64,000 bases of DNA from an uncultured Phycisphaerales bacterium (GTDB lineage: Bacteria; Planctomycetota; Phycisphaerae; Tepidisphaerales; Tepidisphaeraceae). Positions 63,640-64,000 of the stretch are shown here, piece by piece. The translations under genes and the position numbers were made by a program. The stretch is from assembly GCA_963755915.1 (NCBI GenBank), contig CAVWLP010000002.1:928001-992000 (forward strand). The letters run 5' to 3'. Position 1 is the stretch's first letter. Each line of letters starts with the position of its first letter. The notes beneath the pieces were generated by a model. That model did not search any database. It was not told the DNA's origin and saw only the letters and a program-made list of their open reading frames with translations.

Positions 63640-64000
63640 TTGACCCCCAATTCCCAAATCCACCGCCAACTCGAACTCGCGGTCACCCACCACCGCGCCG
63701 GCCGACTCTCCGAAGCCGAAGCCATCTACCGCCGCGTCCTCTCCTCCCAGCCCAAGAACACCGACGCCCTCTACCTCCTCGGCCTCATCACCCAACTCAC
63801 CGCCCGCTATGCCGAATCCGTCGACCTCTTCGATCGCGCCGTCCGCGTCAACCCAAGGTCTGCCAAATACTGGGTCAACCTCGCCCTCTCCGCCGGCGGC
63901 ATGGGCCTCGGCCGCACCAAAGACGCCATCGAAGCCCTCCGCAAAGCCGTCGCCATCGATCCCAACATTCCCGAAGCCTGGAGCAACCTTGGCAACGAAT
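63640..64000 (+). CDS. TPR-repeat protein, partial at the window edge
   Basis: Hand-translated from TTG at 63640: LAVTHHRAGRLSEAEAIYRRVL..PKNTDALYLLG..AIEALRKAVAIDPNIPEAWSNLG. Confidence 0.85.
   Translation, partial: MTPNSQIHRQLELAVTHHRAGRLSEAEAIYRRVLSSQPKNTDALYLLGLITQLTARYAESVDLFDRAVRVNPRSAKYWVNLALSAGGMGLGRTKDAIEALRKAVAIDPNIPEAWSNLGNE

Noticed and set aside
12500-64000. GC-skew switch as support for oriC
   Set aside because: By eye the plus strand is G-rich on both sides of 21.9 kb and becomes C-rich only much later; this needs whole-genome computation
1-64000. rRNA, tRNA, prophage or integrase genes
   Set aside because: No recognisable signatures found by eye; short RNAs could have been missed

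Overview
GC-rich bacterial chromosome segment, most likely Planctomycetota class Phycisphaerae (Tepidisphaerales-like). This is inferred from an LEPRxLLS secreted protein, PEP-CTERM proteins, a CPxCGYD..CPECG membrane family and STQP linker motifs. Core genes are serA, tkt, a DinG/YoaA helicase, a candidate oriC directly upstream of dnaN-dciA (no dnaA or gyrB adjacent), asnB, rpoN, a fused Ior-type 2-oxoacid:ferredoxin oxidoreductase, gltBD, an FHA-GAF-PP2C phosphatase, a suf operon with a SufS-SufE fusion, a CNNM/CorC protein and a ~2750-aa FHA/disordered/coiled-coil membrane protein. Accessory DNA comprises an IS21 element splitting an ankyrin lipoprotein gene, an IS630 element in the rpoN stop codon, a solo OLD-type nuclease, toxin-antitoxin modules and remnants, and a ~2-kb PEP-CTERM cassette with an att-like gene-end duplication. 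Many genes, including housekeeping ones, carry 1-nt frameshifts, most simply read as long-read consensus errors. The most unusual signal is a family of ~24-nt mini-elements (core YTCGAC-N2-3-GCTC) found inserted into other DNA hairpins, with filled and empty alleles both visible, and as a 5-copy in-frame tandem inside istA. All calls come from reading the sequence by eye; no database searches were run.
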